The notes beneath the pieces were generated by a model. The model was not told the DNA's origin. It did no database searches and was given only the letters and a program-made list of their open reading frames with translations. The position numbers and the translations under genes are program-made. 64,000 bases of DNA, taken from assembly GCA_976551045.1 (NCBI GenBank), contig CDPCPM010000026.1, forward strand, positions 14,136,001 to 14,200,000, in the 5' to 3' direction. Of this stretch, positions 38,843-51,845 are shown in pieces. This stretch comes from Glaucostegus cemiculus (taxonomy: Eukaryota). The stretch's first letter is position 1, and every line of letters begins with the position of its first letter.

Positions 38843-41494
38843 AGTACTCTCCTGTACAGATCAACCCTTGGGCTTGCTGCTTGCATAAACTGGAAGAGCA
38901 GTGAATGCTGGCTGTGCAGTAATTTGGGGATTCAACTAAGAAATTGAATTGGGGGTAAAATTGGTGCCTAGTGTAGTCAATCGCCATCAATTTGAACCCA
39001 ACCTAAGCCAAAGTACCTGTGGTTTTTACCACGCCAACTGACCCATCATTGTGAGCACAGCAGTCTTAGAGGGTGCAGATGACATGGTGATGCTGCTTAG
39101 GTTCTCCTGAATGGGACACTGAGCAGTTTGGTGAGGCGCAGTCTGATCTAACCTGAGCCTGAATGTTTTGAGAGAGCATACACCCAATCAGGTCAGATCC
39201 CAGCAGACATGATTGGGCCCTGTTGGGCCTGCATTAGGTAGTCAAGTTGTAGTTCAGCAAGTATCCCATTGTAAGGCTGGGGCTGCATTGCTGCACTGTA
39301 AGATATCGTGTAACATATTTGCCTGTTAACATATTATATGCAGATCTATTAAGTGAATTACAGAAATTACAGAAACTATGAGAGCACAAAATATTCCCAA
39401 CATTAAAACATCAGCTCTACATTACATTATGGGTTTTTTTCCACTTTTTCTGTTCCGATTTCCCACTCCTGTTACCTGAAAGTGGTGGAGAAACTTTAAT
39501 TTTCAGATGTAATAGTGATTCCTGCTATCTTGTGTAAAGGTTCAAACTGCTTGTGACCCCAGGCCATAAGCATATGCAGATATTTAACCCCTGGATCCAG
39601 TATAGCCAAGTATTTCTGTCCTTTCCCAACCTCTCAACATGTAGACTTTCCAGCAGGGATTCTTGGATAATATTCAAGAGCAGAACCCTTCAAAGCTCTC
39701 TGACCCACCCAACACTGGGCTAACAAGACCAAACTTTCTACTGAATCATTTAACTTAGATAAAGGATTATGGTTAGAACTCAAAACCTCTTTGAAATTAT
39801 ACTTTATTTACTGTTTGAGATGCAAGTTATTTACTCCTTGACTTTTTGTAACTTGTTTAGCTGCAAACACAGAACACCACCTAACATGTGTTTTAGAAGA
39901 TGGGATTCCAACTCTCACTAATGCAAGGGAACAGAACAACAATGCAGGTTAGTAAAACTAGTCTAATGCATGAAGTGTTTAGACCATCTGATATGCCATG
40001 CTCTAATTAAATCACATGGCTGTTAAGAGCAGGATACCAACAGCTGTGCCTCAGTAATATTTTTACAGAATTAGCTGAGTGTTATATGTAAAATGATATG
40101 CTTTAAGTTCAGCCACTGCAAACAACAAGCTAAGAAAATGGATCACATGCTGGAAATAGATATTGGGTTTGAAATCCATATACAGAAAACATATTAAAAA
40201 AGCACTGGTTATTTTCTTACAGTAAAATGTTTTCAATTAAGAGAGCTTGAAGTGACCAGATATTGTTATAACTCTCACTGTTAAAGTGTGGATTAATGTA
40301 AAATGAATCTTTTAGCTGTAGAAAAGCACCTTGCTTCATTACCAGGTCTGAACAGGCACCATTTTGCATAGATACCACAATAACCTTTCAGTGAATTAAG
40401 ATTTCTTTATTGTTCTGTGAAGCTGGTCATAAACGGTGAGAGCACCACCTGATGGACTGATATGAGAATTGCCCCTATACGCAAGTGAAAAATGAGAGCG
40501 AACTGCAGTCTGCAATTACTGTCAGCTTTATTAGTGGATTGACACTCACTGTGTTCAACTAATACCTTTTTGCCCAATAAATTAATGCAGATAATAAGTG
40601 ATTTATTTTCAGTGGGCTCATGCTTTTGGTAACTAAATGGACAAATTTATCTAACGTGTTAAGCATTTATCTACTGATAACTACAATAATAACTCCTCGG
40701 CTAATGTCCTTATTAAGCCTGCATAGCATTCACTTCAAAGTTGTTGTTTTTTCTGGTCTGTCACATAAGCATTGTTAATAATTTCCAAGGCAAGTAAATA
40801 ATTCAACCTAAATAATGAAAATTTAAATATGCTCACTTATTTTGGTTTTTACTTTCATTTTCTGAAACTTTTTAAAGAAAAGAATCGAGAAACTGGCAGG
40901 TTGTGGTGTGATGGAGTCTGTGAGGAATGTTGGAATGAAAGTTGCTAAATGCATGCATCTGGACAGGAGAAATGGAGTGTCAGACCCTTCACTGTCCCCA
41001 CTTCCTGCACCCAGTCCCAGGTATTTCACGGCTCCATCATGTCCTGTCATCTCTTTGAATTCCTTCAGCTGCTAATAAAATTGATAATTTAAACAGATAG
41101 ATGAGATGGATTTTATAGCTGCATCATGTCTATCAAATCATATTCACTCCTTTATCTAAATACATCCTTTCAATGTTCACGTTAAATCTCTCCTTTTTAA
41201 CTTGTGACCAGAGGGCAGAAGAGACAGGGCAATACTTGAGGAAGCATGTTGTCAAACTGTGGTTCAGTTGTTCTCCAGAAAACTTTGGAGAACGTTTCAG
41301 TTACTAGCTCGATGGTGTCTGGTGCTGGCAGACTGTGGTGTACTCCTGGCTCATTGATAGGTTCCAGTGTATGTTTTGCTGCCCAGCAGGGATACAGTCA
41401 TTTTGTGAAAGTGGGCTGTCTCAACAGGCCACCATCATGTTTTGGATTAATTTACTGATACCATGTATATTGGAAATAAAACAGATTAACCGGT

Positions 41495-43832
41495 AGCTGA
41501 AGGCTCAGGTCCACAAAAACATGACAGAAAGTGGTTGGAAAGTGTGCAGGAGATCGAACAACTCACTGATAACCATGACAAACGTGGACTCTTCAGCACT
41601 ATCAAAGCCAACTATTGCCCAGGCATCCAAGGCTTCACCCTGCTGAAAACCAAGAATGGAAGAGAATTTATCAAGGACAGAGAAGTAATTAGTGCCCAAT
41701 GGAAAGAGCAGTTGGAGGATCTCATCCATCACAACTCTACATATGAATCAAGTGTCCTTGGCTCCATCCCTCCGTGTTCAGTCTATTTGACACCCTAGCT
41801 CAGCTGGGCTGGAGGCTGAAAGGTCATCAACGTTTGGAAAAACAACAACCTAGAGCATAAAGAAAATCTTGCTGAACTACTGAAACATGGCAGAGAAGTA
41901 TTTCTGGTGTAAATTCATGAGATCATCTCCCACATGTGGGAAGTGAGGACTTGCCTGGAGATCTGAGGAACTGTACAGTTTCAAGAACGGGGACAAATCC
42001 AATTGCAGTAATTACCCAGCAGACTCCCTACCAGCTACTTCAGGAAAAGTGCAAGCATCCTCCTTAACTGCCTACGCCCAGTGGCCAAAGACTTCTTCTC
42101 AGAGCTGTAAACCATTCATCAACATGTGCAATGAACATGATCCTCATCGCAAAACAATTCCAAGACAAGTGTTAGGAGGTACACCAATCACTTTCTCATT
42201 CATTTCTCATCCTCACAAAAGACCTTGAATCCATCTACACAAAGGGATAGTTGAAAATCCTTCTCAGATGTGGCTTTCTTCAGAAGTTTATTGCCATGCT
42301 GTGTGATGATATGTGAGCCATGATTAACTAACAGGTCTGTCATGATAGAGGGGCAGACTGGAGACAAGCAAGTTTGTCATCACTGCAACCCCCTTCTCAG
42401 TCCTTCTCTCTGCAACACAGCACCTTACCTCTAACAGTCTGATGTTAAGATGATAAGCAGCATAAATCGAGTGGACAGTCAGAGACTTTCTCCCAGGGCG
42501 ACAATGGCTAACATGAGGGGACATAATTTTAAGGTGATTGGAGAAAAGTATAAAGAGGATGTCAGGAATAACTTTTTAAAAAAAGAGTGGTGGGTGCATG
42601 GTATGCACTGCTGGCAGAGGTTGTGGGGGCAGATACATTAGGGACATTTAGGAGACTCTTAGACACATGAATGATAGAGAAATGGGGGGCTATGTGGGAG
42701 GGAAGGATTAGATAGATCTTAGGGCAGGATAGAATGTTGGCACAACATTGAGGGCCAAAGGGCTTGTACTGTGCTGTGCTGTTCTATGGTCTATGTTTTT
42801 CTGCTGGAGTGGAGTTGATCTGAAGAACCAATGGGAAGAAATTTCACTGTATTCACTCTAGAATGAAGATCACCTCAAACTCATTCAAAGAAGTACTGTG
42901 TGCAGGTGATACTAGCATACATGCATCATCAAAGACCAAGCTTCCAGTTATTGTGATTCGTTCAACTAAGTGTAGGAAATGATGGAGCTTACACCACATA
43001 TCTAGAACAGTAAGGTCCTCTGCCAACCTACTCCTAACACGTCACACTGTTCCTGATATCAAGGTCCACAGTGAGACCTGGAAAACTGTGGAGTACTTTT
43101 TGTAAATTGAGAGCCACTTCATAACAAAGACGGACATTGATGAAGAAATTCACCACTTTCTTCATGCACCAGCCCAACATTTAGCCAACTGAGAAAAAAG
43201 ACTAAGACACAAAGCTGGTGATCTACCAAGCAGCAGTGGACTTAGCAACCCTGTCTGTTTTGGAGACCTGGACCACTGTATGCTTTGGAGACTTGGAGAT
43301 CCCTCAAACACACCTCAAAGCATAGGAGATATATGGTCACTGCTGTCTCAGCTGCATCCTCCAAACTGATTGGAGGATAGGTAAAGCAATGTTAACATCT
43401 TCTCCCAGGCCAAAACCCTCACACTTCGGCTTTGTTCATGCTCAACCAGTGCCAATAGGGTGCAGGGAATTCAGCAACTTACTGATTTATAAACACGCCT
43501 GACACTGGAGTCCCACATTAGGCATTCCACTCCAGGCTCAGTAATGGGAAGAGATTTCTGGAGGACAGAGAAAATGTTTCTAGGGCATTCTCAAAGTCTC
43601 CTTTAAAAATTTAACATACTTTGTAACTCTTGGGAGTCCCTGGCCTGTTACTGCTCAAGATGGCAACGCATCCGAGAAGGAACTAAGTAACTCAAATTAC
43701 TATGAACAAGGAGAGAAGGACTTGACTTCCCGAACAACCTAGCCACTTCCCTCACTGAGCAGCAACTGCCTCACCCAATGCATTGAAATGGTTTGGAAGT
43801 AAGTCATCATCCATCCCAAGGAACTAAGAAGA
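41495..43832 (+). mobile_element. RTE-clade LINE, 5'-truncated and decayed
   Basis: QEIEQLTDNHDKRGLFSTIKA...KDREVISAQWKE, FKNGDKSNCSNY and KTDIDEEIHH; ends AAGTCATCATCCATCCCAAGGAACTAAGAAGA. Confidence 0.85.
42436..42797 (+). mobile_element. CR1/HER1 3' end nested in the RTE
   Basis: INRVDSQRLSPR...RGHNFKVIG; TGTTCTATGGTCTATGTT tail; RTE sequence resumes afterwards. Confidence 0.9.
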
Positions 43833-43859
43833 TATTGTTCTCAACTGAAGATAAGAACA

Positions 43860-44185
43860 ATATTCGAGTCAGAAGAGAGTAGGTTTAAGTTGCACTGAAG
43901 TGAAGTGAACATAAAAGAACTTCTAGGCCAACACCCCTGTGTAGTAAAGAGAGAATACTGCACTGTCAAAGGTGCTGAATGTTGGATACATCATTAGCTT
44001 AAGGCCCTGCCTGACCTTTCAGATGGGCATAAAAATATTCAGTATTCCTAAACATGCTATAGAGTGCTGACTGTGTGTTCAACTCCATCTCTGAAATTCA
44101 GTTCCTTGAAAATAAATAGACTTCTGTGAAATATACAGGAATGGCTGTAATTGGGGAGTACTAAATAAAATGCAAGTTTTCCTTT
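43860..44185 (+). mobile_element. Deu-domain SINE, decayed
   Basis: GAGTCAGAAG head, TACTGCACTGTCAAAGGTGC core and TAAAATGCAAG tail. Confidence 0.6.
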
Positions 44186-45109
44186 CTTATTGTCATCAAA
44201 AAGAACTTAACATTTTTAGGGTCTTCAGATTTATTCATTCTCGTTTTGGAGGTGGATGGATTATTAGTTCTAGAATACTTCTGCATTGATAAGTCAGTTT
44301 GAGGAGTGAACAATATGGAGGGGAGGAGGAGAATTATAAATCAGCCCAATGTACTGTCAAATTGAAAGTTCTACCATAAAAGTTTTCTTATGGTTCCTAA
44401 GTAACAAGAGCTGAGACATCCACCCCGTTGCAGTTAGCGCTTGTCCTTGGCTGTGAGAATCTGTTGGAGAGAAGGAATCAGCAGTCGGGGATAGAGGAGA
44501 AAGGCATGGGGGAAATTGCATGCACCTATAATGAGTGACAAGTCAGCAAAGTAGTTGCTTTGCAGATTAAAAATTTAAGTAAATTCATAGAAAATGTATG
44601 ATGTAGAAAAAGTGCTGGTCAAGGAGGAGCTACCTATAGCTTAGTCACACCTTCCCCCAACATATGTATGCTGACTTTCCCTGACTAATCTGTGCCTTTT
44701 TAACTGAAGGTTTATACTGTCTATTAGGAGTCAATTCCAATCATTTGTGTTCCACTAAAGTTAAACTAATAGGCCTGTAATTACTTGGGTTTTTTAAACA
44801 CAGGTGCAGTGTTAGTCCTGCAGTCTTCTGTATTGAGAGCAGATGGAAAAAATAATGGTCAGAGCTGCCACGGATTCGTCCCTTGCCTGGGATACATTTC
44901 ATCTGGACCTGGCTTTCAAGACTAAACCTTTAGTGCTTCCTCCTTTACTATGTTTACCCCATCCAATACTTCACACTTGTAAGACACACTTGGTACAAAC
45001 TCATCTCTAAGTAAAAGATTCTGCTGATAGTTGAATATTCTTAAGTTAGTGAGAGAGAAGATGAATAAGAATTAAGAAATGAGTGTTGTTAGAGAGTGAG
45101 AATGCCAAT

Positions 45110-46430
45110 AAACGAATGTAAAAATTGCAAATGTAGGACAGTAGGACACACCCACCAGGTCAGGCTCTACTAATGGAGAGAGAAAAAAATGAGGCAAACT
45201 TACAGATGGTTGACCTACAGCAGAAATGGTCAGTTCTGATAGAAACAAGGAAAGCGAGTTACAACCACAAGGCTGCAATGTGCCAAGACAGAAGATGAGA
45301 TGCTGTTCCTTAAGCTTATATTGGGTTCATTATAACGGTGCCAGAGGCCACAGTCAAATAGCTCAGAGTGGGAGTGGGGTGGAGGATTAAAGTGACAAGT
45401 AACAAGGAGCCTTGAGCTGTTCCTGCAGACTGAACATAGGCAGGAACAGGAACATAGGCATGACAGTTCTGCAAATTTGTCACCCGATTTGCATTTGGTT
45501 TCTGCAACATGGAGGAAGCCACATTATGGACACTGGATGCAGTGCACTGGATTGGAAGAAGTGCAGGTGAATTGTTGTTTCATCTAGAAAGATTATTTGG
45601 GTCCTTGAATGGCGGGAAGAGGTAAAGGGACAGGTCTTGCATCTCCTGTATTACATGGGAAAGTACCAAAAGAAGGAGAATGGTTGTTGGGAATGATATG
45701 TCTGGTGGTGAAATTGCAAAAGGTGACCCATTGACTGATGGGGCTGGGGGAGAAGAAGGTGAGGACCAGGGAAACGCGATTCTTGCACTGTCCAGGAGGA
45801 GAGAGGTTGAGAGCAGTGGTACAAGAAATAGATGAGATGTGGTCTAGAGATCTGTCCACTACTGGAAATGGGGAACCATAAAGAGAGAAAGGAAGAGATC
45901 TCAGAGACACCTGAATGGAAATTGTTGTTATCAGAGCAAATGCACCAGAGACAGAGGAACTGGAAGAATGAAATGCAATTTTTATAGAAGGGAAGGTGGG
46001 ACAAAGCGCATTCGAGATGGCTGTGAAGCCTGTAGGCCTGTAATGAATATGTGTTGCTAACCTATCTCCAAAATAGAGGTCCAGAAAAGGAAATGTGAAG
46101 TTAGAGATGGACCATCTGCAAAGTGGAAATTGGCAGCAAAAGTGATGAAATTCTTGTTCGGTATTAGTGCAGGAAGCAGCAACAATGCAGTCATTCATAC
46201 ACTGGAAAAAGAGTTGGAGGTGGGAGGGTGGCCCATGTGGGACTGAAGTAATGTCTGTGCCACGTTTCACATAAAAAGGCAGGCATGTGAGTTCCCATAG
46301 CTACAGATTTGATCTGGTGAAAGGGACTGAAGCTGAAGGAGAAGTCATCTAATGTGAGAATGAGTTCACCCAGATGAATGGGTGTGTTGGTGGAGAGGAA
46401 ATGGCTGGGCTTCTCCTTAAGGAAGAATGT
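45110..46430 (-). mobile_element. Penelope-like retroelement (RT C-terminus + GIY-YIG endonuclease + pLTR remnant), decayed
   Basis: QLFFQCMNDCIVAASC (YIDD box decayed), WSISNFTFPFLDL...HIHYRPT, then GPK*SF*MKQQFTCTSSNPVHCIQC..GFLHVAETK (GIY-YIG). Confidence 0.9.
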
Positions 46431-46559
46431 GAAATGGAATGAATTGTGGAGTCAGTGTAGAACACACTGTCACCAGTTAACACCATAGACACACTTTTTG
46501 AATGTAGATTCCTCATCACAATTGTTATTCATTTCCAGAAGTATTATAGCATCTCCAAT

Positions 46560-47210
46560 CTATATGTAGATAATTGCTGCATTTCTCAGTATTCTAAGTT
46601 TGGTTGCATGCACTCCATTTAGTCTAAAAACACTCACAGTAAACACCGCTCAGGATAAAACAGCACCCATTCCAACACACAAAACATTAATTCCCCTCAC
46701 CACTGGCACACCTTGGCTGCAGTGTCGACCAGCTGCAAAATGCTCTGCACTTACACACCCAGGCTACTCTGATGGCACCTTCCAAACCAACAATCTCTAC
46801 CATCAAGAAGGACAAAGGCAGCAGATGCTGGGAGCCTGTCTTTCTGTGGAAGATGTGGAACAGTCATAGTTTCAATTCTCTTTGGGCCCCTTCCTCAACT
46901 CTTTCTCCTCTATATGAACAGTTGCATTGGTGCTGCATCCCACGGTCATACAGAACATGAGAATTTCATTACCTTTGCTGTCAATTTCCACCCTGCTTTC
47001 ACTTTCACATGATCCATCTCTAACTTCATCCAGTTCCCATATACCACCCTCCTAACTTGAAAATATGATCATTGTAGCTAAATCCTAGAACTCCTTACAC
47101 TACAGGGCTGTTTGTTCGTCATCACCTCTCATGGTCCCTTACTGATTGATGGGTAACATATACAGGCCTTGCAAGCAATGCCTACATTCCACAATTAAAG
47201 AAAATAAGAC
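46560..47210 (+). mobile_element. CR1/L2-type LINE 3' part interrupted by a Penelope RT fragment (46836-47030)
   Basis: Host LINE reads NTAQDKTA...PSRRTKAADAG. The insert reads CLSVEDVEQS...PLPQLFLLYMNSCIGAAS...NFHPAFTFT. The host tail resumes at ~47030. Confidence 0.75.
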
Positions 47211-48184
47211 AATATGAATGTTTTTTTCTGCCTAAATTAATGGAAGATATAATTATGCATTTATGATACAGAATTTCTAACAAGTCAATACAAATTCCTT
47301 ATCCTTTAGATATTTGCAAAAGCACTCACATTCTACTCTGACATCAATAATTTCTATGCATTGATGTACAATTTTGTTCTTTCTTCATTAATTCACCTGA
47401 CTAGCAAACAGAGGTCTGTTTTACAATTATTTGACTCTGATTTATGATTTATCTTTGCCTTCTGAAGTGACATCGACCTAGAATAAATTTGTTTTATTAA
47501 TACATTAGATTTGGGGCTATAAAGTCTCAGGCAGACTTTGAATGAAACAAGTTTTGCGAATTTCATCAATGTTAAAAACCTTGTGGATAATGAAACTGGC
47601 CCTTTGTCATGTTTGATTTTAGGGAAAAAATGGCTGGTCAGGGAAATGACTCTTTGGTCATGAGCTTTAATGCTCATTCGACCAGAAGGTTCACTAGCTG
47701 CCACATTGAAAGCTGGTTTCCAGGGTTTTTAATTCAAGCAAGCTATAGGTACCTTTGATATGTAAATCAATGTCCTCCCACATGATTTAGTTCCCCATTC
47801 AAAATTCATCTATCAACCCAAAAAGTAGATCTGTCGAAGATTTTAAGAGATTTGTTCAGCACAATGCTTTTCTCACTTTCCTTCCTTCCTTTCATGAGCA
47901 GTTCTTTTGCTGAGGATACAGTTGTTTTTTTAAGATACTTCCTCTGCTTTGCATTAGAATCTCAAGGCACAACACAACTGATGTGCTGGCTCAACGGGAA
48001 ACCAGGACTCCACCTCAAGCACCAAACTGAAAGCCAATCTTTCATCACATATGGTGAGGGTTTGGGATAAACACTTGTGGTCTCACTCCATTTGTCATTT
48101 TCTTCTGAGCTACATTAATCATTGTTACCAAGTAAACCCAAAACATCAGGAGGCAACAATTATAATAATGATTCATATTTTTCA

Positions 48185-48532
48185 TATTTCCTTTTGACAT
48201 AGAAGGAGGCAATTGTGCCCATTAAATCAATGCTGGCTCTCTATAATAGGATGAATCCTATTACCCGACTTATTTCCCTGTAACCTGTTCTCTCACACAT
48301 GTCTTGTAATATACTTCTGGTTCTCCGAGCAGTTGCCTACACTAAGGGTAAATTACAATAACCTATTACCAGAGCGACCAGCAAGTCTTTGGGGCATGAG
48401 AAGAAACTGGATCATCTAGGAGAATCCAACCTGTCACAAGGAGAATATGCCAACTCCACACAGACAGCACCGGAGGTCAGGATATAAAGCTGTGAGACAC
48501 TGTACCATCAGCAGTGCCACTGCACTGCCCCA
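48185..48532 (-). mobile_element. HE1-type V-SINE
   Basis: GACATAGAAGGAGGC reverse tail; CAACTCCACACAGACAGCACCGGAGGTCAGGAT core and head. Confidence 0.8.
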
Positions 48533-48747
48533 TTACAATTTGGGTGTGATCAAACAAATAAATCCTAAGCAAGGCCTTTAACTAAAGAGTTAATTGGACC
48601 TTTAAAACTAATGAGCAGGTCTTCAAATGTAAACAAAAGGAAATTGATTGGAATGGAGAAGGGGGGAATATGTGAACGGTGGCTGGGTCAGCTCGATACA
48701 TCGCAGGAAGAATTGGACAGTGGCCTCCTCACAATTAGACTTCTAAA

Positions 48748-48832
48748 GTAAAAACTGAAAATGCTGGAGATAATCAGTAAGCAGGCAGCATCTGTGGAGA
48801 GTTAACATTTTAGGTGGATGACCTTTGATCAC
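48748..48832 (-). mobile_element. Penelope pLTR fragment
   Basis: GAAAATGCTGGAGATAATCAG...GCAGCATCTGTGGAGAGTTAACATTTTAGGTGGATGACCTTT; same family as 8111-8212. Confidence 0.65.
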
Positions 48833-49581
48833 AAATGTTAAAAGTTATTTTAGCAAAATGTAATCCCTTTACTTCTTTTATCTGAAAGGGCTAATATTAG
48901 TCCCGTGCATTTATGTGAACATATGTGACTGTGGAATATAGATTGAGCTCCATAACTGTAGTGAGAGAGTCGTATACCTCAGAGAAAAAAAACAAAAGGT
49001 TAAAGCCCCTATCTAAATAGCTGAACTATTCATAGTTACTATCAATGGTTATCAAATACAGACAAGAGGGAAGTCTAAACATTTCCATGCCTTTCATGGT
49101 GTTTTATTAGGTTAAAAAATTATTATCACACCACAATGTCATGACCAACCATAACATAATGATGTTAGATATCAAGTTGTTGACAAGTTTCTGAGACTTT
49201 TTTACAGAAAGTCAAAACCTTGTTTAATCAGACACTTCACGTTTTCCCTGACTCTGTACAAAATAACAAGATAAAACAAAAATTGCAAGATGTAATAAGG
49301 AGAATTAATATGTCCCTCTTGTGACTTAAGATGTTCCAAATTACATTAGAGCTGATAAAAAATCTTACGAAATTTATGAAGCAATGTGCACCTTTTTTCA
49401 TTTTGTTCCAATAAAAGCTGTCTCTTTCTCCTTGCCCTAAAATCAAACAGAAGAATTTCTGCAAATTTAAATAAATCTCCTTCAAAAACCATCAATTACA
49501 TTAATTGCAACAATAAGTCAATTTTGTATTGTACCCAACAACTTTGGAAGAAAGGTTCTTAAGGCTAAGGTTCCTAAGGCT

Positions 49582-49584
<3 letters not shown>

Positions 49585-49636
<52 letters not shown>
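49585..49636. repeat. (CA)26 microsatellite
   Basis: Perfect dinucleotide run. Confidence 0.98.
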
Positions 49637-49640
<4 letters not shown>

Positions 49641-50029
49641 AACATGAGAAACATGGTGCCAACATGTCAAACTTAATGTCATTAAACTACATCAATAATT
49701 TAGGACTTAGAAAAATCAGATTTCTTCTGATCTTTCAGAAGGTTCGTTGACATACCCCAACCCAGGACCCTTGCAACTCTGACATGATTCGTTCCAGAGG
49801 CAGTTAAACAGGACACACTGATCCATTGTTCTCCTTTCCATCCTTAACTTAGTGACCCAGGCCTCCATCGAATTTTAGCAAACCTTTGTGATCAGCTTAG
49901 TTAGCTGATGTGGTTGCCTAGTTCACGTAAAAAGGACTGCTTTTCCCAGAAGTCATGTAATGTTGATTTCTCTTCCCATCATGCTCGAAAGGGTTTATCT
50001 GTTAGCCATATGGCTACATCTTGATCCCC

Positions 50030-50540
50030 TGAAGGACTTTGAATAAATTCAATGATTCGGCCTCCACTGCTCTCTGGGGTAGAGAATTCCAAAGATTAAT
50101 ACTGTCTGAGGGAATAAATTACTCTTTATCTTGTATGAAGCAGGCAATCCTTAATTTAGCATTATGCCCCCAAATTCGAGACTCTGGACAGAAGATAACC
50201 TTTCTGCTTCTTCTTTGTGAGCCATTGTAAAATCTTATAATTTTCAATAAAATCACCTTTAATTCTTCTGTACTCCAATGAGCATAAGTTTTATCTGCCC
50301 AACCTGTTTATTGGACAATGCCTTCATCCCAGGAGTAAATGCAATGAACCTTCTTTTAATTACCTCGAGGCAAGTATATCCCTCCATACATAAGGAGACC
50401 AAAATAGAATTTGGTATGCCAAATGCAGTCCTACTATTATTGTATAATTGTGGTAAGACCTCCTTACTTTTATAGTGCATCCTCTTTGCAAAAAGAGCCA
50501 GTATTCTATTTGCCTCTACTTACTTACTTTTTTGCTGCAC
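50030..50540 (-). mobile_element. CR1 LINE 3' ORF2 fragment
   Basis: MHYKSKEVLPQLYN...RRFIAFTPGMKALS. Confidence 0.85.
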
Positions 50541-50544
50541 CATT

Positions 50545-51845
50545 TTTAAAATTTCAAATGACACTGGCAATGTCAGTAAATTCTGAATTATCCCTGAACT
50601 TAAGATGCAGATAAGGGACAATCGAAGATACCTGTTGCAAAAAAGGGCAGTTATGGATTCTAAATATTTCTTCATACAAAGTGTTCAGGAAAAATATGTG
50701 AAGTTTCTACTTTGATCAAGGAGAGCAATGTGGTGCTGGAAAGAGGGTGGGCTTGGAATGATCAAAGGCAGAAAGTATCCAATTAGAGTTCAGAAATGTT
50801 AAAGATTCAGTTAGACTCAAGGACTTTCTGAGTGTGTTCAGGAGAATTTTCTTAAATAAAAATTGAAACAAAACCTGGAGATTCTAGAACTCTGAAATAA
50901 AAACAGAAAATGCTGTAAACACTCAGCAGGTCAGGCAGCATCTGTGGAAAGAGAAATAGTTAATAGTTCAGATCTGGGATCCTTCATCAGAACTGATAAA
51001 ATGTTGCATTACCATGAAGGATCCCATACCTGATACGTTAACTCTTTCTCCTTCCATGTATGCTCCCTTCTTAAACGTTAATGCAAGTGGCATAACTGGG
51101 TTTAGTTCTGGGAAAATAGCCATGCCATGTGGATCAATGATTAGTGGAGGAGCATCCTAGGGACAGTGATCACTCCAAGATTAAAAATAAATTAATTGGT
51201 GAGAATGAATTGACAGAAATCAAAGCTCAGCAGGCAAAACTGCTGTTGAACAATAGGAGAACTCTAACATGGAGATATTTCAGACACAGTCTAAACATAT
51301 TTCTGTGCAGGGGAAGAGTAGGGTAAATAAAACCAAACAGTCCAGGAGACCAAAGAGTGAAGTAGCATTAAGAAAGAGCAAACAACAGATGCCAGGTTGT
51401 TATCACAAGTGAAAATCAGGCTAATTTCAAAAAAGTTCAGAAGGAAAGTGAGAAAGGAATCAGGAGAAATAAATGGTGAGTGTGAGACAATAGCCAGCAG
51501 TAAACGTGAAAAGGAATCCAAAAGTAGTGTATGGAGATGTGAAAAGGAACAGGGTTGCAGAGGGAGAGGTGGAGCTTAGAAGATACCAAATATTGGAGGA
51601 GAGAGCATGGCTGAGGTACTAAGTGAGTACTTTACGTCAATCTTCACCAAAGGAAGAGATGCTGCTGGAGTTTCAGCAAAGGAAGATGGAATTAAAACTG
51701 TGGATGATCTGAATGTTTATAAAGTTAAGGTACTAGAAAAGATTGGTCCCAGACCATCAAGAGAGGAACTGCAGAGGTCTTGGTCATATTCTTTTAAAGA
51801 CCTGCAGGTTTGGGTGTGGTGCCCAACAAATAGAAATTTGCCACT
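50545..51845 (+). mobile_element. Decayed CR1 ORF2 (endonuclease/linker) fragment
   Basis: CVQENFL...EHPRDSDH...MAEVLSEYFTSIFTK. Confidence 0.75.
50857..51067. mobile_element. Penelope pLTR foldback with two inverted hammerhead-like motifs and 8-bp TSD
   Basis: Minus strand AGTT-CTGATGA-AGGATC-CCA-GATCT-GAACT-ATT-AACT at 50958-50994; plus-strand mirror at 51012-51043. TTCTTAAA at 50849-50856 and 51068-51075. Confidence 0.75.

Noticed and set aside
45593-46270. Longest ORF (225 aa) as a host gene
   Set aside because: Frameshifted Penelope RT remnant with a decayed YIDD box.
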